Assembly (NCBI GenBank): GCA_048013815.1
Contig: CM106585.1
Span: 19,468,001 to 19,532,000 of the forward strand
Length of the DNA stretch: 64,000 bases
From: Setoptus koraiensis
Taxonomy: Eukaryota; Animalia; Arthropoda
Direction of reading: 5' to 3'
Shown: positions 26,641-37,042 of the stretch, in pieces
Layout: the number at the start of each line of letters is the position of its first letter
Numbering within the stretch: the stretch's first letter is position 1
Translations under genes and position numbers: made by a program
The notes under the pieces: generated by a model
What the model saw: the letters and a program-made list of their open reading frames with translations, nothing else
What the model was told of the DNA's origin: nothing
Database searches by the model: none

Positions 26641-27746
26641 AGCCAAGCGTCAGATGAACAATTAATTGTAACTCGTTGCTTCGCTTCGGCGAACCAACGA
26701 TCGGATGACATACGTTTGGCGATGCCACGTTGCCGCCACACCAAACAAACCTCTCATTAGATACTATTTATTAGTGGGCGCACCACTGTATTTGTGCGCA
26801 CTGTGCACTGTTACATCAAAAGTGAAAGTGGGCCAATAGAGTGCTACAGCGCCCACATCTATCGCCCCCACGCTCTCACTTGACCTCAATCAATGAACCA
26901 TTTAATAACAAATTTCCTCACTAGTTGTGCCCGTTCCGCTCCATTGAATTCACGTATCGGCGGGCCCCAATCGATTCATCAAGACACCAAAGGCGTGTGT
27001 ACCCCTTCTAATCCGCACCCATTAAGACCCAAGACTTTTTTGCTCGCTGGCACTTGTCTCTCTGGCTTGTGTTTCGCTTTCTGCTCTTGCTATCACCAAC
27101 AAACTGCCGAGTCACTGCACAAACATCACAAACAAACACCCAACGCACCTCACTCGACGTTGTAGTTTGTCCGCCTGCCAGCCAGCAGCAAGCGGACAAA
27201 CTACAACTACAGCAAACAAAATGAACTGCAACTTATTGCAAAATAGTGCCGCCATCTTGACCTTGATACGGGCGCCACAGCCATGAAGCTGCAAAAAGAT
27301 CCCGCCAACAAGATTCCGGCCGGCAACGAGATCCCGCCAATGGCACCATGGCAAAGAGATCTTGCCAAAAAAGATCCCCAATAGTAGACAAGAACACAGA
27401 AAAAGTAGGTTAGAGCTGGCAGGAAGCAGCTCGGTCGGTTTGCCCGTTTGAACGGGCCAATTCAGGCGTGCAACCATCAATTTCGTTACAAACAAATTGC
27501 GAGGATTACATTCACTCTATTGTATTCAATCCGCTTTCTTCTCGCCTCCCCTCACGGGCCCCATTTAACCTTGAAGAAGTTGTGTGTGTGTGTGCGCAAT
27601 TGAATTATTCAGACATTGCGCCGGAGTGTCGCTAATCCAATTGTTTAGGCGATAGTCGAAACTGGCGCATGAAAATCGCCTCTCTCTCCCTCTCTTTTTC
27701 TCCCGAACGATGCGCCGGCATCGTGCACGGATAATCTGAATGATTA

Positions 27747-28176
27747 ATGGACAAAATAAAATGGTCAGATGGAAACGATTTCAAGTCGGCGCGATATTCA
27801 CGTCGCACTGCACGTGATATGCGCTTTGCATTCGGATGCAGGTACTTCTACAATGAGAACAGTAACGCGTGTCGGTCTCGGCGGCGCATTCATAATCATA
27901 GCTGGCGTCGCTTTGTTGCCATTCAATTGCTCAAATGTAACATAAATGATCAAGTGCCTGCACCACCATTCAGGTATAAAGGACAACAAACAAACAAAAA
28001 AGCATTTTTATCGCTACTAAACTGTTTACAGATTTGCTGGTGCTATGGGCGCGCATTTCGTAGATAGACAAATGTTATTGGGGCAGGTTATTGGAGATCC
28101 ATTGGGCTACCTGCCGACAGTTCCACAAACTAGTCGGCAAAAATCGTTTTCAGAAAAAGAAAATCATTCAAGTTAA
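27747..28176 (+). CDS. Possible two-exon orphan ORF (27747-27973 + 28032-28176, 123 aa)
   Basis: 58-nt GT-AG intron (CAG|GTATAA ... TACTAAACTGTTTACAG|) with branch-point-like CTAAAC; phases match to keep the frame open; no homology recognised. Confidence 0.2.
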
Positions 28177-28774
28177 ATATCGCTAGCTATTTACAGTAAT
28201 CAGTTTACTTGTAATACGAACAATGAACAAAAAACTTGGTTAGAACTTCAAAGGCTGCTGGCAACGAGTTTTTCCTGATCGAGTTGCAACCGTTCCGAAT
28301 GAGAAGTCGATGCAAGATGAGATTGGAATTCACTTTTCCATTAGTTTTCGCTAATCGTTAATCTAGAGTTGATCGTTGAACACGAATTTTGCACGCTGCC
28401 ATTGAATGCATTTACCAGTCTGCATGATAATTATAATGAAAGGCTAATGATGAGCTTGCCTAACGACTGAAAGGAAGGGATGGCAAACGGACTCATTCAT
28501 CTCGAGTGACGTCAACTAATCGTTAACAATGCAGTGGAGTAACAGGAACAAGTTTGCACAAAAGAATAGTTCCGGGGCTGTGAAAGATTCATTCATTCAT
28601 TTTTTTTTTGCTCAAGGTTGTCAACAAAAATGCAACACGATGATAACAACTAATCCCGATTGGTTGACTACCACAAATGCCGAGATCGCCGTGAATACTA
28701 ATAATTTTATTGCATTTATACACAATACATACACAATCTGTTTGCCGAGACACATTCGATCAGCCATGTTTGCA

Positions 28775-30265
28775 TTATATCTTGCAAGGCATGTCGACAA
28801 TGACAGTTTTAACTTCGTAAAATTCACGCAAGCCCTCCATACCAAACTCGCGTCCAATACCTGATTGTTTGTAGCCACCGAATGGCGTTTGAACAGTCAT
28901 ATTCATGTAATTATTAACATACACTTGACCGGCCTCTAGACGAGCTGTCATCAGTAGTGCCGTTGTGAGGTCTTTTGTGAATACGCCCGCGCCCAATCCA
29001 TAACTTGTTGAGTTGGCCCGTTCAATAACTTCGTCCAAGTCACTGAATTTCAATATTTGTTGTACCGGTCCAAAGATCTCCTCTTTGGCTATTCGCATAT
29101 TGTCTGTGACATTGGAGAATACAGTTGGCTCAATAAAGAAACCCTTTGTTCCTATTCTAGAGCCACCGCACTCCAACTTGGCGCCCTCTCTCTTGCCCGA
29201 ATCAATCAGTGTCAGTATCTTGGTGAACTGTTCCTCGTCTATTTGGGGCCCCTGGTCGACGGTTTTGTCTTGCAACGGAATACCAACTTTGCGCTTCTTG
29301 GCCAGTTCCACTGATCTCTTAACGAACTCGTCATATATTGACTCGTGTACAAACGTCCTTGAGGCGGCCACACAACATTGGCCCTGGTTCACCATGACCA
29401 TATCGTGCGCCGTCCTAACCGCCTTGTCCAAATCGGCGTCTGCCAATATAATCAACGGGCTCTTGCCGCCCAATTCCAGCGACACACGCTTCACATCGTC
29501 GGAGGCCATTCTCTGGATGAGTTTGCCCACTTCCGTCGAGCCGGTAAACGACACCTTCTTCACCAATGGGTGCTCAACAAGAGGCTGGCCGGCGCCCGGT
29601 CCGAAGCCCGGCACTACGTTGAAAACGCCCGGCGGAAATCCAACTTCCTTGGTGAGAGCGGCCAAGGCCAATGTTGTCAGTGGTGTCTGTTCGGCGGGTT
29701 TCAGCACCAATGTGTTGCCCATGGCCAGACAGGTTGCCAATTTAACCACGGCCAGCATAAAGGGAAAATTCCAGGGACATATGGCCGCGCAAACGCCAAG
29801 CGGCTCGTACCGAGTGAATGCAAAGTTGTTTCCGTCCGATGGCAACACTTGACCGTGCACTTTGTCAGCGGCCCCACCATAAAATCTCAATATTCGCGCC
29901 GACATATCCATGTCCACGAGGGCCATTAGGAAAGTTTTTCCGTTGTTGTACGACTCCAAACTGGCCAAATACACCATATCACGTTCCACTAAATCGGCCA
30001 GCTTGCAGAGCAGCAGGCCCCGTTGGCTGGCGTCTAGATTGCGCCAATTCGAGTTGAATTTGAAGGCCTCGTGGGCCGCCTTGACGGCCAGATCTATGTC
30101 GCTGGAATCGCACTCTTGAACGTCGGTTATCTTTTCGCCGTCGCTGGGATTCACTGCGGCAAACGTTTTGCCGTTCACCGAATTCACGAACTCATTATTG
30201 ATGAAGGCCTGCGTATACTTGACTTCGGGCCGCTCGATGGGATCTAACGACATGAGTTGCTCCAT
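28775..30265 (-). CDS. Aldh: Aldehyde dehydrogenase, ALDH1/ALDH2 family, 496 aa, intronless, no obvious mitochondrial presequence
   Basis: Motifs [28 protein letters not shown] (catalytic Glu), NQGQCC (catalytic Cys), [20 protein letters not shown]. Confidence 0.96.
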   Translation of the reverse strand: MEQLMSLDPIERPEVKYTQAFINNEFVNSVNGKTFAAVNPSDGEKITDVQECDSSDIDLAVKAAHEAFKFNSNWRNLDASQRGLLLCKLADLVERDMVYLASLESYNNGKTFLMALVDMDMSARILRFYGGAADKVHGQVLPSDGNNFAFTRYEPLGVCAAICPWNFPFMLAVVKLATCLAMGNTLVLKPAEQTPLTTLALAALTKEVGFPPGVFNVVPGFGPGAGQPLVEHPLVKKVSFTGSTEVGKLIQRMASDDVKRVSLELGGKSPLIILADADLDKAVRTAHDMVMVNQGQCCVAASRTFVHESIYDEFVKRSVELAKKRKVGIPLQDKTVDQGPQIDEEQFTKILTLIDSGKREGAKLECGGSRIGTKGFFIEPTVFSNVTDNMRIAKEEIFGPVQQILKFSDLDEVIERANSTSYGLGAGVFTKDLTTALLMTARLEAGQVYVNNYMNMTVQTPFGGYKQSGIGREFGMEGLREFYEVKTVIVDMPCKI

Positions 30266-31329
30266 TTAGAGTATGAATTCTTAGTTTTACTTGTCTTATT
30301 TGACTGTAAACTTAACTTTTGGGACTTTGAGTCAGCTCGAACTCATTATTCAAATGAGAAAAGTTGATCGACGGTTGCTCACTTTTATAAATATTCAAGC
30401 ATATGCCTATCACATGTGATCACTGTGTTCCATAGTTGTTGTCCCAACTATAAACTTGTTTCAAACAATAGCAACGATACCAGCCGATGCACAGGCTAAT
30501 TGTTGTAAATGTTGGCAAGCTGACAGTGGTACACAACGAGTGCAAAGTAGAAGCTTTCATGACGAGATTCTTCATTATTCCGTGTTTCGCTCCTATGTCT
30601 AGACAATTCATAATCGTCATCATGCAGCTAATCTTCGTGCTATCTAGTCACTGACTATAATTGTAGTTGCTGCTAGCGATGGGAGTGGCTTGATTGTGAC
30701 GATCATCGCTATTTATCAATGTTCCTCTACTACCACCGCTACATCAAACCAATATTTACTGTTGTTCTACATCCAACTGTTGTTATCACCAAGTTTAATC
30801 ATTCGGATCATTACATCCAGATCACGCTCAAGCTCAACTATTCAATGATCAAGCTAGTTGTCACTTGAATATTCATATCCGGCAGCCTAAATGGCAATCC
30901 TTTAGTCAAACATCAACACTTGTGTCCTCCGCACCAGTGACATTAATGATAATTGACAATAATTTACTAATTCACTGCTATAACTGTGTATTACTTTAAT
31001 TGGGTGAATGATTGCCTTACTGAATTGCCTTACAATTGCCAATGAACTTTAACATCAGTTTTCCATGGACACGCGCTAATATATGCAATGCACTGCACAC
31101 AGATAAACACGTCGGCTTTACAACATCTGATAAATGCTCCAACTTGTGCATATATTAGTGCGTTCATATGTGAATCAACATCTTTTTGCGCATTCAAAAA
31201 ATGCGCGCCTAGCATGGCCGTCTGGTTTCACATTGGATCCACGTGTAGTATCTAAGAAATTAGATAACACCCGATTATCACTTACTGGGTATCCAATATA
31301 TAATGCTCAATCTTCGTTATTGATCAACC

Positions 31330-32496
31330 ATGAATTCAACTAAATGGGATGAGGCGCTCAAGCCATCTAGAAAGAGGACGAAAGGTGTATGGGTTGGACA
31401 CGAGGAGCAGAAAGAGGAGGACAATGTTAACGCATATTTTACAATTGAGTCGAGTGACGATGAAGACGAAGATGTATTAACAGCCGGGGACATTATTTCC
31501 AAGTCCAATTTGCTAGACCCCACTCAGCTCAACTACAAGCATGTGGCACCGCTTAATTATCAGAGGTCCAAAGAAGGATCCGTGAGTCAAGTGGAATTTC
31601 ATCCTCTGTCCAAAGTTGGTATGATAAATCTCACAAAAGGAATCATCGATCTTTTCGAAGTAGATGGCGACAAAAATAAATACCTGCATCAAGTTAATAT
31701 AGACAAATTTTACAACTCATACGCCAGATTCAAGCCAGATGGAAAATCTATAGTGGCTTGTTGTCCTACTAGATTGGGAACATTTTACCAATACGACATT
31801 CAAAAAGGCAATGTTATTGATCATTCGTTCGCCGTAGGCCGTCAGCAAATGACAATGGTTGACTTCAGTTTTTCTCCAGACTCCAGATACATGGCCTGCA
31901 GAAAAAAGGAATCGCCGGAAGTACAAGTACTTGCCGGGGATACATACGAAAACTGTTTTTCGGTTAGGTTGAACGACAATGTTGTCTCATCTTTGTTCAC
32001 AACCTCAGGAGACCTACTAACCTTGAGCGACTCAGGGAGAGTTTATGTTTGGGACACAAGAAAGACCAGCACTTGTAAATATAAATTTATAGACCGTGCA
32101 TGTATCCATGGTACTGCGATGGCTTACTCCGAGGCGAAGGGAACCCTAGTCATTGGTCAAGATGTTGGAATTGTCAACCTTTATAATTTCAATGAATGCC
32201 TTGAATCATCCACGCCATTGCCGATTAAAACCTATTCCAGTTTAGCATCTAGTATCTCTAGGTTACAATTTAACAGCTCTGGTGAGTTACTGTTCATTGG
32301 TTCGAAAGAAGCTGTTAACGCCATGAAATTGATTCATTCAGACTCAGGAAGCGTATTCAGAAATTTTCCCAAAACCGGAAAACACTATGGCCATATCAAT
32401 GATGCAGCCTTTTCACCTAATAGCGGCTACCTAGCTCTCGCAGTTTCGTCCGGGGCTGCATCTTTGATTAGGTTGAATCACTACCCCAATTATTAG
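31330..32496 (+). CDS. UTP18: U3 snoRNA-associated protein 18 homolog (WD40, SSU processome), 388 aa, intronless
   Basis: Acidic SSDDEDE linker, SVSQVEFHP, WD repeats (VYVWD), C-terminal SVFRNFP...FSPNSGYLALA...L.RLNHY.NY pattern typical of UTP18; AATAAA at 32555. Confidence 0.88.
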   Translation: MNSTKWDEALKPSRKRTKGVWVGHEEQKEEDNVNAYFTIESSDDEDEDVLTAGDIISKSNLLDPTQLNYKHVAPLNYQRSKEGSVSQVEFHPLSKVGMINLTKGIIDLFEVDGDKNKYLHQVNIDKFYNSYARFKPDGKSIVACCPTRLGTFYQYDIQKGNVIDHSFAVGRQQMTMVDFSFSPDSRYMACRKKESPEVQVLAGDTYENCFSVRLNDNVVSSLFTTSGDLLTLSDSGRVYVWDTRKTSTCKYKFIDRACIHGTAMAYSEAKGTLVIGQDVGIVNLYNFNECLESSTPLPIKTYSSLASSISRLQFNSSGELLFIGSKEAVNAMKLIHSDSGSVFRNFPKTGKHYGHINDAAFSPNSGYLALAVSSGAASLIRLNHYPNY

Positions 32497-32508
32497 ATTG
32501 ATGTCCCC

Positions 32509-32589
32509 CAAATTGATGTCTGATTCGATCGTTGAATTATCAGAACCCAAATTAAATAAACAGGCTACCGAGGTCATCTAATGTTAATG
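32509..32589 (+). repeat. 81-bp direct repeat, left copy (UTP18 3' UTR including AATAAA)
   Basis: Identical to 37043-37123 (CAAATTGATGTC...TCTAATGTTAATG). Confidence 0.9.
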
Positions 32590-32672
32590 TTAATGTTAGT
32601 AAATAGTGGCTCATTTGTTTATTAAACCCTACTCATTCATGAATTAAGCAAGATCAAGGACCTGTTTTGTTG

Positions 32673-33172
32673 NNNNNNNNNNNNNNNNNNNNNNNNNNNN
32701 NNNNNNNNNNNNNNNNNNNNNNNNNNNNNNNNNNNNNNNNNNNNNNNNNNNNNNNNNNNNNNNNNNNNNNNNNNNNNNNNNNNNNNNNNNNNNNNNNNNN
32801 NNNNNNNNNNNNNNNNNNNNNNNNNNNNNNNNNNNNNNNNNNNNNNNNNNNNNNNNNNNNNNNNNNNNNNNNNNNNNNNNNNNNNNNNNNNNNNNNNNNN
32901 NNNNNNNNNNNNNNNNNNNNNNNNNNNNNNNNNNNNNNNNNNNNNNNNNNNNNNNNNNNNNNNNNNNNNNNNNNNNNNNNNNNNNNNNNNNNNNNNNNNN
33001 NNNNNNNNNNNNNNNNNNNNNNNNNNNNNNNNNNNNNNNNNNNNNNNNNNNNNNNNNNNNNNNNNNNNNNNNNNNNNNNNNNNNNNNNNNNNNNNNNNNN
33101 NNNNNNNNNNNNNNNNNNNNNNNNNNNNNNNNNNNNNNNNNNNNNNNNNNNNNNNNNNNNNNNNNNNNNNNN
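32673..33172. other. Assembly gap (500 N)
   Basis: Run of exactly 500 N; the round number suggests placeholder size. Confidence 0.99.
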
Positions 33173-33647
33173 GGACTGACAACCATAATAAGTTGATAAC
33201 TCTGACAAGATACAAATGTTTGCATGAGATGGTGGTCTGCGTGTCAACTCTATTCTCACGAATTAATTAACAGATTTCTCTCACGAATCTTCGAATCCTA
33301 TCCGACTGCTTGACTATATTACGCTTCGCACATTCAATCTCACATGATGTCTATAAATAATTAATCAGTTAATCGATCAATTAATTATTAAACAACCACT
33401 TAATCATTAAACAATCAATTAATCATTAAATAACCAATTGATTATATAATTTTCAAACAAACGACAACACTCGGGGACCTCAGGGCCTCGTATTCGCCGC
33501 GGTTCCCTCTACTGCGCATGCTCATGGAACATGGTGGACGTTCGGAGAATCCAACCTGATCTACTGATTGATAAATTATCTATTTCCTAACAAATGCTGA
33601 ATTGACCTCGACGTTTTCCTGTATTATTGAGACGCCAACAATGTCAA
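33173..33647 (+). repeat. Left arm of 475-bp inverted repeat (outer end runs into the gap)
   Basis: Reverse complement of 34402-34876; no mismatch seen by eye. Confidence 0.92.
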
Positions 33648-33941
33648 GCACATGCCAATTATGGATGAAGGACACAATGGACACGGAGAGCGACACAAAA
33701 AGGAAATAAACAGAGGAATATCACTAGACTATCCGGACGGGACTTGTTGACGTTCCTTTATTTATTTATCGAACAGAGAATATCATTAGATCCGATTAAT
33801 TTATCTCAGCTAAACACATAATCCATCTCTGAAAAATATCCATCGACAGTGCATGCAACCTTGCGACTTGAAGCGGGCCAAGAAAGATCCAACTAGCCAA
33901 GTCATTCATTTTGGTTGTTTCATCCAATTGAGGTAGAAAGC

Positions 33942-34325
33942 ATGGCAACTCTTGAAGTGGTCACCAACGCGGATGAATCTAGGATGCTACCAGAATTGAA
34001 GACTCGATTGGCACAATTGTTGGCCAAATCGCTAGGAAAACCCATCATGTACATAGCGGTTACTATAAAATCAAACGAGGACGTCTATTTTGGGGGCTCT
34101 GACGCACCGGCGGCTATTTGTACTTTAATGTCAACTGGAGCCTTGGGTATGGAACAAAACAAGAATTACTCACGGGACATCATGACCGTACTTAAAACAT
34201 ATCTCGACATCCCACCCGATAGAGTGTATATAGAGTTTAGGGATCTCAACAACGCCAATCTAGGCTTCTCCGAAACTACCTTCCACGAGTTGCCATCTTC
34301 TTTCTTCTTTAGGCCACAACAATAA
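33942..34325 (+). CDS. MIF: Macrophage migration inhibitory factor (MIF) family protein, copy 1, 127 aa, Pro1 replaced by Ala
   Basis: MATLEVVTN...LGKPIMYIAV...FGGSDAPAAICTL...IPPDRVYIEF.D....N.G...TTF aligns with the MIF fold; the ATG at 33942 is preferred over the TTG start in the ORF track. Confidence 0.9.
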   Translation: MATLEVVTNADESRMLPELKTRLAQLLAKSLGKPIMYIAVTIKSNEDVYFGGSDAPAAICTLMSTGALGMEQNKNYSRDIMTVLKTYLDIPPDRVYIEFRDLNNANLGFSETTFHELPSSFFFRPQQ

Positions 34326-34370
34326 AATATTCAATTATCACTTTTTCAATTTTTCGCTCTAATTTTAATG

Positions 34371-34399
34371 GGTTACCCGGGTAACCGAACCCGACACTA
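34371..34399 (-). mobile_element. Possible hAT-like terminus remnant with 16-bp palindrome GGTTACCCGGGTAACC (also at 36549-36577)
   Basis: Minus strand reads TAGTGTCGGGTTCGGTTACCCGGGTAACC; no partner TIR found. Confidence 0.3.
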
Positions 34400-34401
34400 C
34401 T

Positions 34402-34876
34402 TTGACATTGTTGGCGTCTCAATAATACAGGAAAACGTCGAGGTCAATTCAGCATTTGTTAGGAAATAGATAATTTATCAATCAGTAGATCAGGTTGGAT
34501 TCTCCGAACGTCCACCATGTTCCATGAGCATGCGCAGTAGAGGGAACCGCGGCGAATACGAGGCCCTGAGGTCCCCGAGTGTTGTCGTTTGTTTGAAAAT
34601 TATATAATCAATTGGTTATTTAATGATTAATTGATTGTTTAATGATTAAGTGGTTGTTTAATAATTAATTGATCGATTAACTGATTAATTATTTATAGAC
34701 ATCATGTGAGATTGAATGTGCGAAGCGTAATATAGTCAAGCAGTCGGATAGGATTCGAAGATTCGTGAGAGAAATCTGTTAATTAATTCGTGAGAATAGA
34801 GTTGACACGCAGACCACCATCTCATGCAAACATTTGTATCTTGTCAGAGTTATCAACTTATTATGGTTGTCAGTCC
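34402..34876 (-). repeat. Right arm of 475-bp inverted repeat
   Basis: Reverse complement of 33173-33647. Confidence 0.92.
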
Positions 34877-35682
34877 CTGATGATACTGGATTTTTGGTAA
34901 TTAGGCGATTTGTTATGGAACGGGGGATACGTCAGCACTTGATATTGACACAAGTATTCAGTATTTGGTTGGATATGAAGCTGAGTTGCTGAAAAGTCAG
35001 TCCCATTACTGGACTAGAGATCACTGGCGGGCATGTTAATTTAGACAGATCGATGAAAACAGATTCTCTAGTTGATTGCTACAATTGATTGTCGCGTGAG
35101 ATCTTTGCGTTGTTCGCATCAGATTACTTTACTATAATCACCACATTGGTTACGCAATGAGTTTGTGCTGAGCATCCGCAATCATTAGTTCGATTTTTTT
35201 TTTATTTCGATATGGGTACTGCTGACGCAATAGAATAATGAAAATTCGTTGTGGGTGTGTTTGACAATAGACAGTAGATAGATGGTGTTCAATATGCAAT
35301 TAGAAATGATAGAAATCTCTCGCCAATATACAGACTACTAACAAATTGATCACCCCGGGAAGTGAGCAAACAGAAAGTGTAAGTTAGCATGGCAGTCATG
35401 TGACTGTCAATATATAGCGGTTCGAGCTATTTAGTTCTATCATCACAGTTTTTATTTCCATGGTGACCTAGGGTACAACAAACTAATCAGATTTGTGTCT
35501 GTCTGATGTAATTGCCACTGCCATAAATTGCTTTCTGTATATAATTGCTGTTGCCTATAATTCTTGTTGCCAAGTCATTGCAAGGATATTCACGCACCGA
35601 GTTACTCCACCACTTTCGTCTTACCAAATCAATTAGAGGAACCATGCGATCATTTAGGACTTTAGCTCATTTTCAATTACAG

Positions 35683-35928
35683 ATGTTCATTTTTACGAAC
35701 ATCTTCTTGCTGGCCGCCTTCATTGGGTCCATCACGGCACAGGTAATCTGCACCCACGAGCGAGAGCCACAATCGTACAGATTGTGGCCTCTGTTCAGCT
35801 TATACGAGGAGTTAAAATTGGCCAAGGACATGCCAATTATGGATGAAGGACACAATGGACACGGAGAGCGACACAAAAAGGAAATAAACAGAGGAATATC
35901 ACTAGACTATTCGGACGGGACTTGTTGA
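35683..35928 (+). CDS. Orphan small secreted protein, 81 aa (MFIFTNIFLLAAFIGSITAQVICTHE...LDYSDGTC)
   Basis: Hydrophobic N-terminus with ITA|Q cleavage-like site; strong upstream donor GTAAGT at 35379 and acceptor TTTTCAATTACAG directly before the ATG; two Cys. Confidence 0.55.
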   Translation: MFIFTNIFLLAAFIGSITAQVICTHEREPQSYRLWPLFSLYEELKLAKDMPIMDEGHNGHGERHKKEINRGISLDYSDGTC

Positions 35929-36119
35929 CGTTCCTTTATTTATTTATCGAACAGAGAATATCATTAGATCCGATTAATTTATCTCAGCTAAACACATAAT
36001 CCATCTCTGAAAAATATCCATCGACAGTGCATGCAACCTTGCGACTTGAAGCGGGCCAAGAAAGATCCAACTAGCCAAGTCATTCATTTTGGTTGTTTCA
36101 TCCAATTGAGGTAGAAAGC

Positions 36120-36503
36120 ATGGCAACTCTTGAAGTGGTCACCAACGCGGATGAATCTAGGATGCTACCAGAATTGAAGACTCGATTGGCACAATTGTTG
36201 GCCAAATCGCTAGGAAAACCCATCATGTACATAGCGGTTACTATAAAATCAAACGAGGACGTCTATTTTGGGGGCTCTGACGCACCGGCGGCTATTTGTA
36301 CTTTAATGTCAACTGGAGCCTTGGGTATGGAACAAAACAAGAATTACTCACGGGACATCATGACCGTACTTAAAACATATCTCGACATCCCACCCGATAG
36401 AGTGTATATAGAGTTTAGGGATCTCAACAACGCCAATCTAGGCTTCTCCGAAACTACCTTCCACGAGTTGCCATCTTCTTTCTTCTTTAGGCCACAACAA
36501 TAA
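36120..36503 (+). CDS. MIF: MIF family protein, copy 2, same protein as copy 1
   Basis: Same ORF as 33942-34325; AATAAA overlaps the stop codon. Confidence 0.9.
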   Translation: MATLEVVTNADESRMLPELKTRLAQLLAKSLGKPIMYIAVTIKSNEDVYFGGSDAPAAICTLMSTGALGMEQNKNYSRDIMTVLKTYLDIPPDRVYIEFRDLNNANLGFSETTFHELPSSFFFRPQQ

Positions 36504-37042
36504 AATATTCAATTATCACTTTTTCAATTTTTCGCTCTAATTTTAATGGGTTACCCGGGTAACCGAACCCGACACTACTTTGAAATTTCTTCTTCTTACA
36601 ATAAAATGTGCTTTTTTGTCTTTCAGTCCTATATACCACTTGTAGTTTTGTCGGAAAGCTCTATGGTTGCCTTCCGCGACCAGAAGTATTCCTTTTTTTT
36701 CTACAAAGAGACTACATTTCCGAGCCATTGTGCAGGCCTATTTTTGTCACGAATCTCAGAAGATTCCGAATATATTTTTTAGTCTGTCGCAAAACGATAG
36801 ATCTGATTATATTATTGATTTTGCTAAGCGGACTCATCGAATGAACGATGAAAATACCTCGATTCCTTTTCAAAGTAATATCAGAGTTGACCTCGTGATT
36901 TTCAACGTGGCTGCATATGGAATCTCAAAAACTAAGAGTTTGAATAAAATATGATGCGCCCAGTTGCCAGATTTGAAGACGCGAGGCCGATGAAAAGGAA
37001 ACCCCAATTATTAGAGCCAATGAGATCGTCTAACAAGTGTTT

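Larger units (their letters stand above)
1..27700. other. Large mostly non-coding domain (intergenic/intronic, probably regulatory), GGGCCC- and microsatellite-rich
   Basis: No ORF with recognisable homology in six frames; long ORFs map to simple repeats or GC-rich tracts; about 36 GGGCCC hexamers by hand count versus about 2 in the remaining 36 kb. Confidence 0.6.
33650..34405 (+). repeat. 756-bp direct duplicate of 35828-36583
   Basis: Constant offset of 2178 bp; one SNP seen (C33733 vs T35911). Confidence 0.92.

Noticed and set aside
26121-26744. Poly-Q/T/N/V/C ORFs (also 20226-20629, 18800-19264, 45790-46543, 46937-47338)
   Set aside because: Translations of microsatellites and minisatellites
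1-27700. GGGCCC sites as plant TCP site-II elements implying plant-derived DNA
   Set aside because: Flanking genes are animal (neuroglian, animal-type ClpX and MED23) and no plant-like coding sequence is seen; motif identity alone is not evidence
29013-30119. Plus-strand ORFs of 279, 183 aa etc. overlapping ALDH
   Set aside because: Antisense shadow frames produced by codon bias of a real gene; no motifs of their own
30420-30623. 67-aa minus-strand ORF upstream of ALDH
   Set aside because: No homology or splice support; lies in the divergent ALDH-UTP18 promoter interval
32637-33259. Long ORFs in the track made of X residues
   Set aside because: Artefacts of the 500-N gap
33915-33941. TTG-initiated N-terminal extension of MIF (MFHPIEVES; also 36093-36119)
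   Set aside because: Non-ATG start; homology to MIF begins at the ATG
35545-35682. Upstream extension of the 81-aa ORF from TTG 35545 or ATG 35644
   Set aside because: Falls inside a well-formed 35379-35682 intron; the signal peptide begins at ATG 35683
35905-35925. DY motifs in the secreted orphans (LDYSDG here, CDY in copy B) as mimics of sulfated plant peptides (RGF/PSY/PSK)
   Set aside because: Only 2-3 residues match; the rest of the RGF, PSY and PSK consensus is absent
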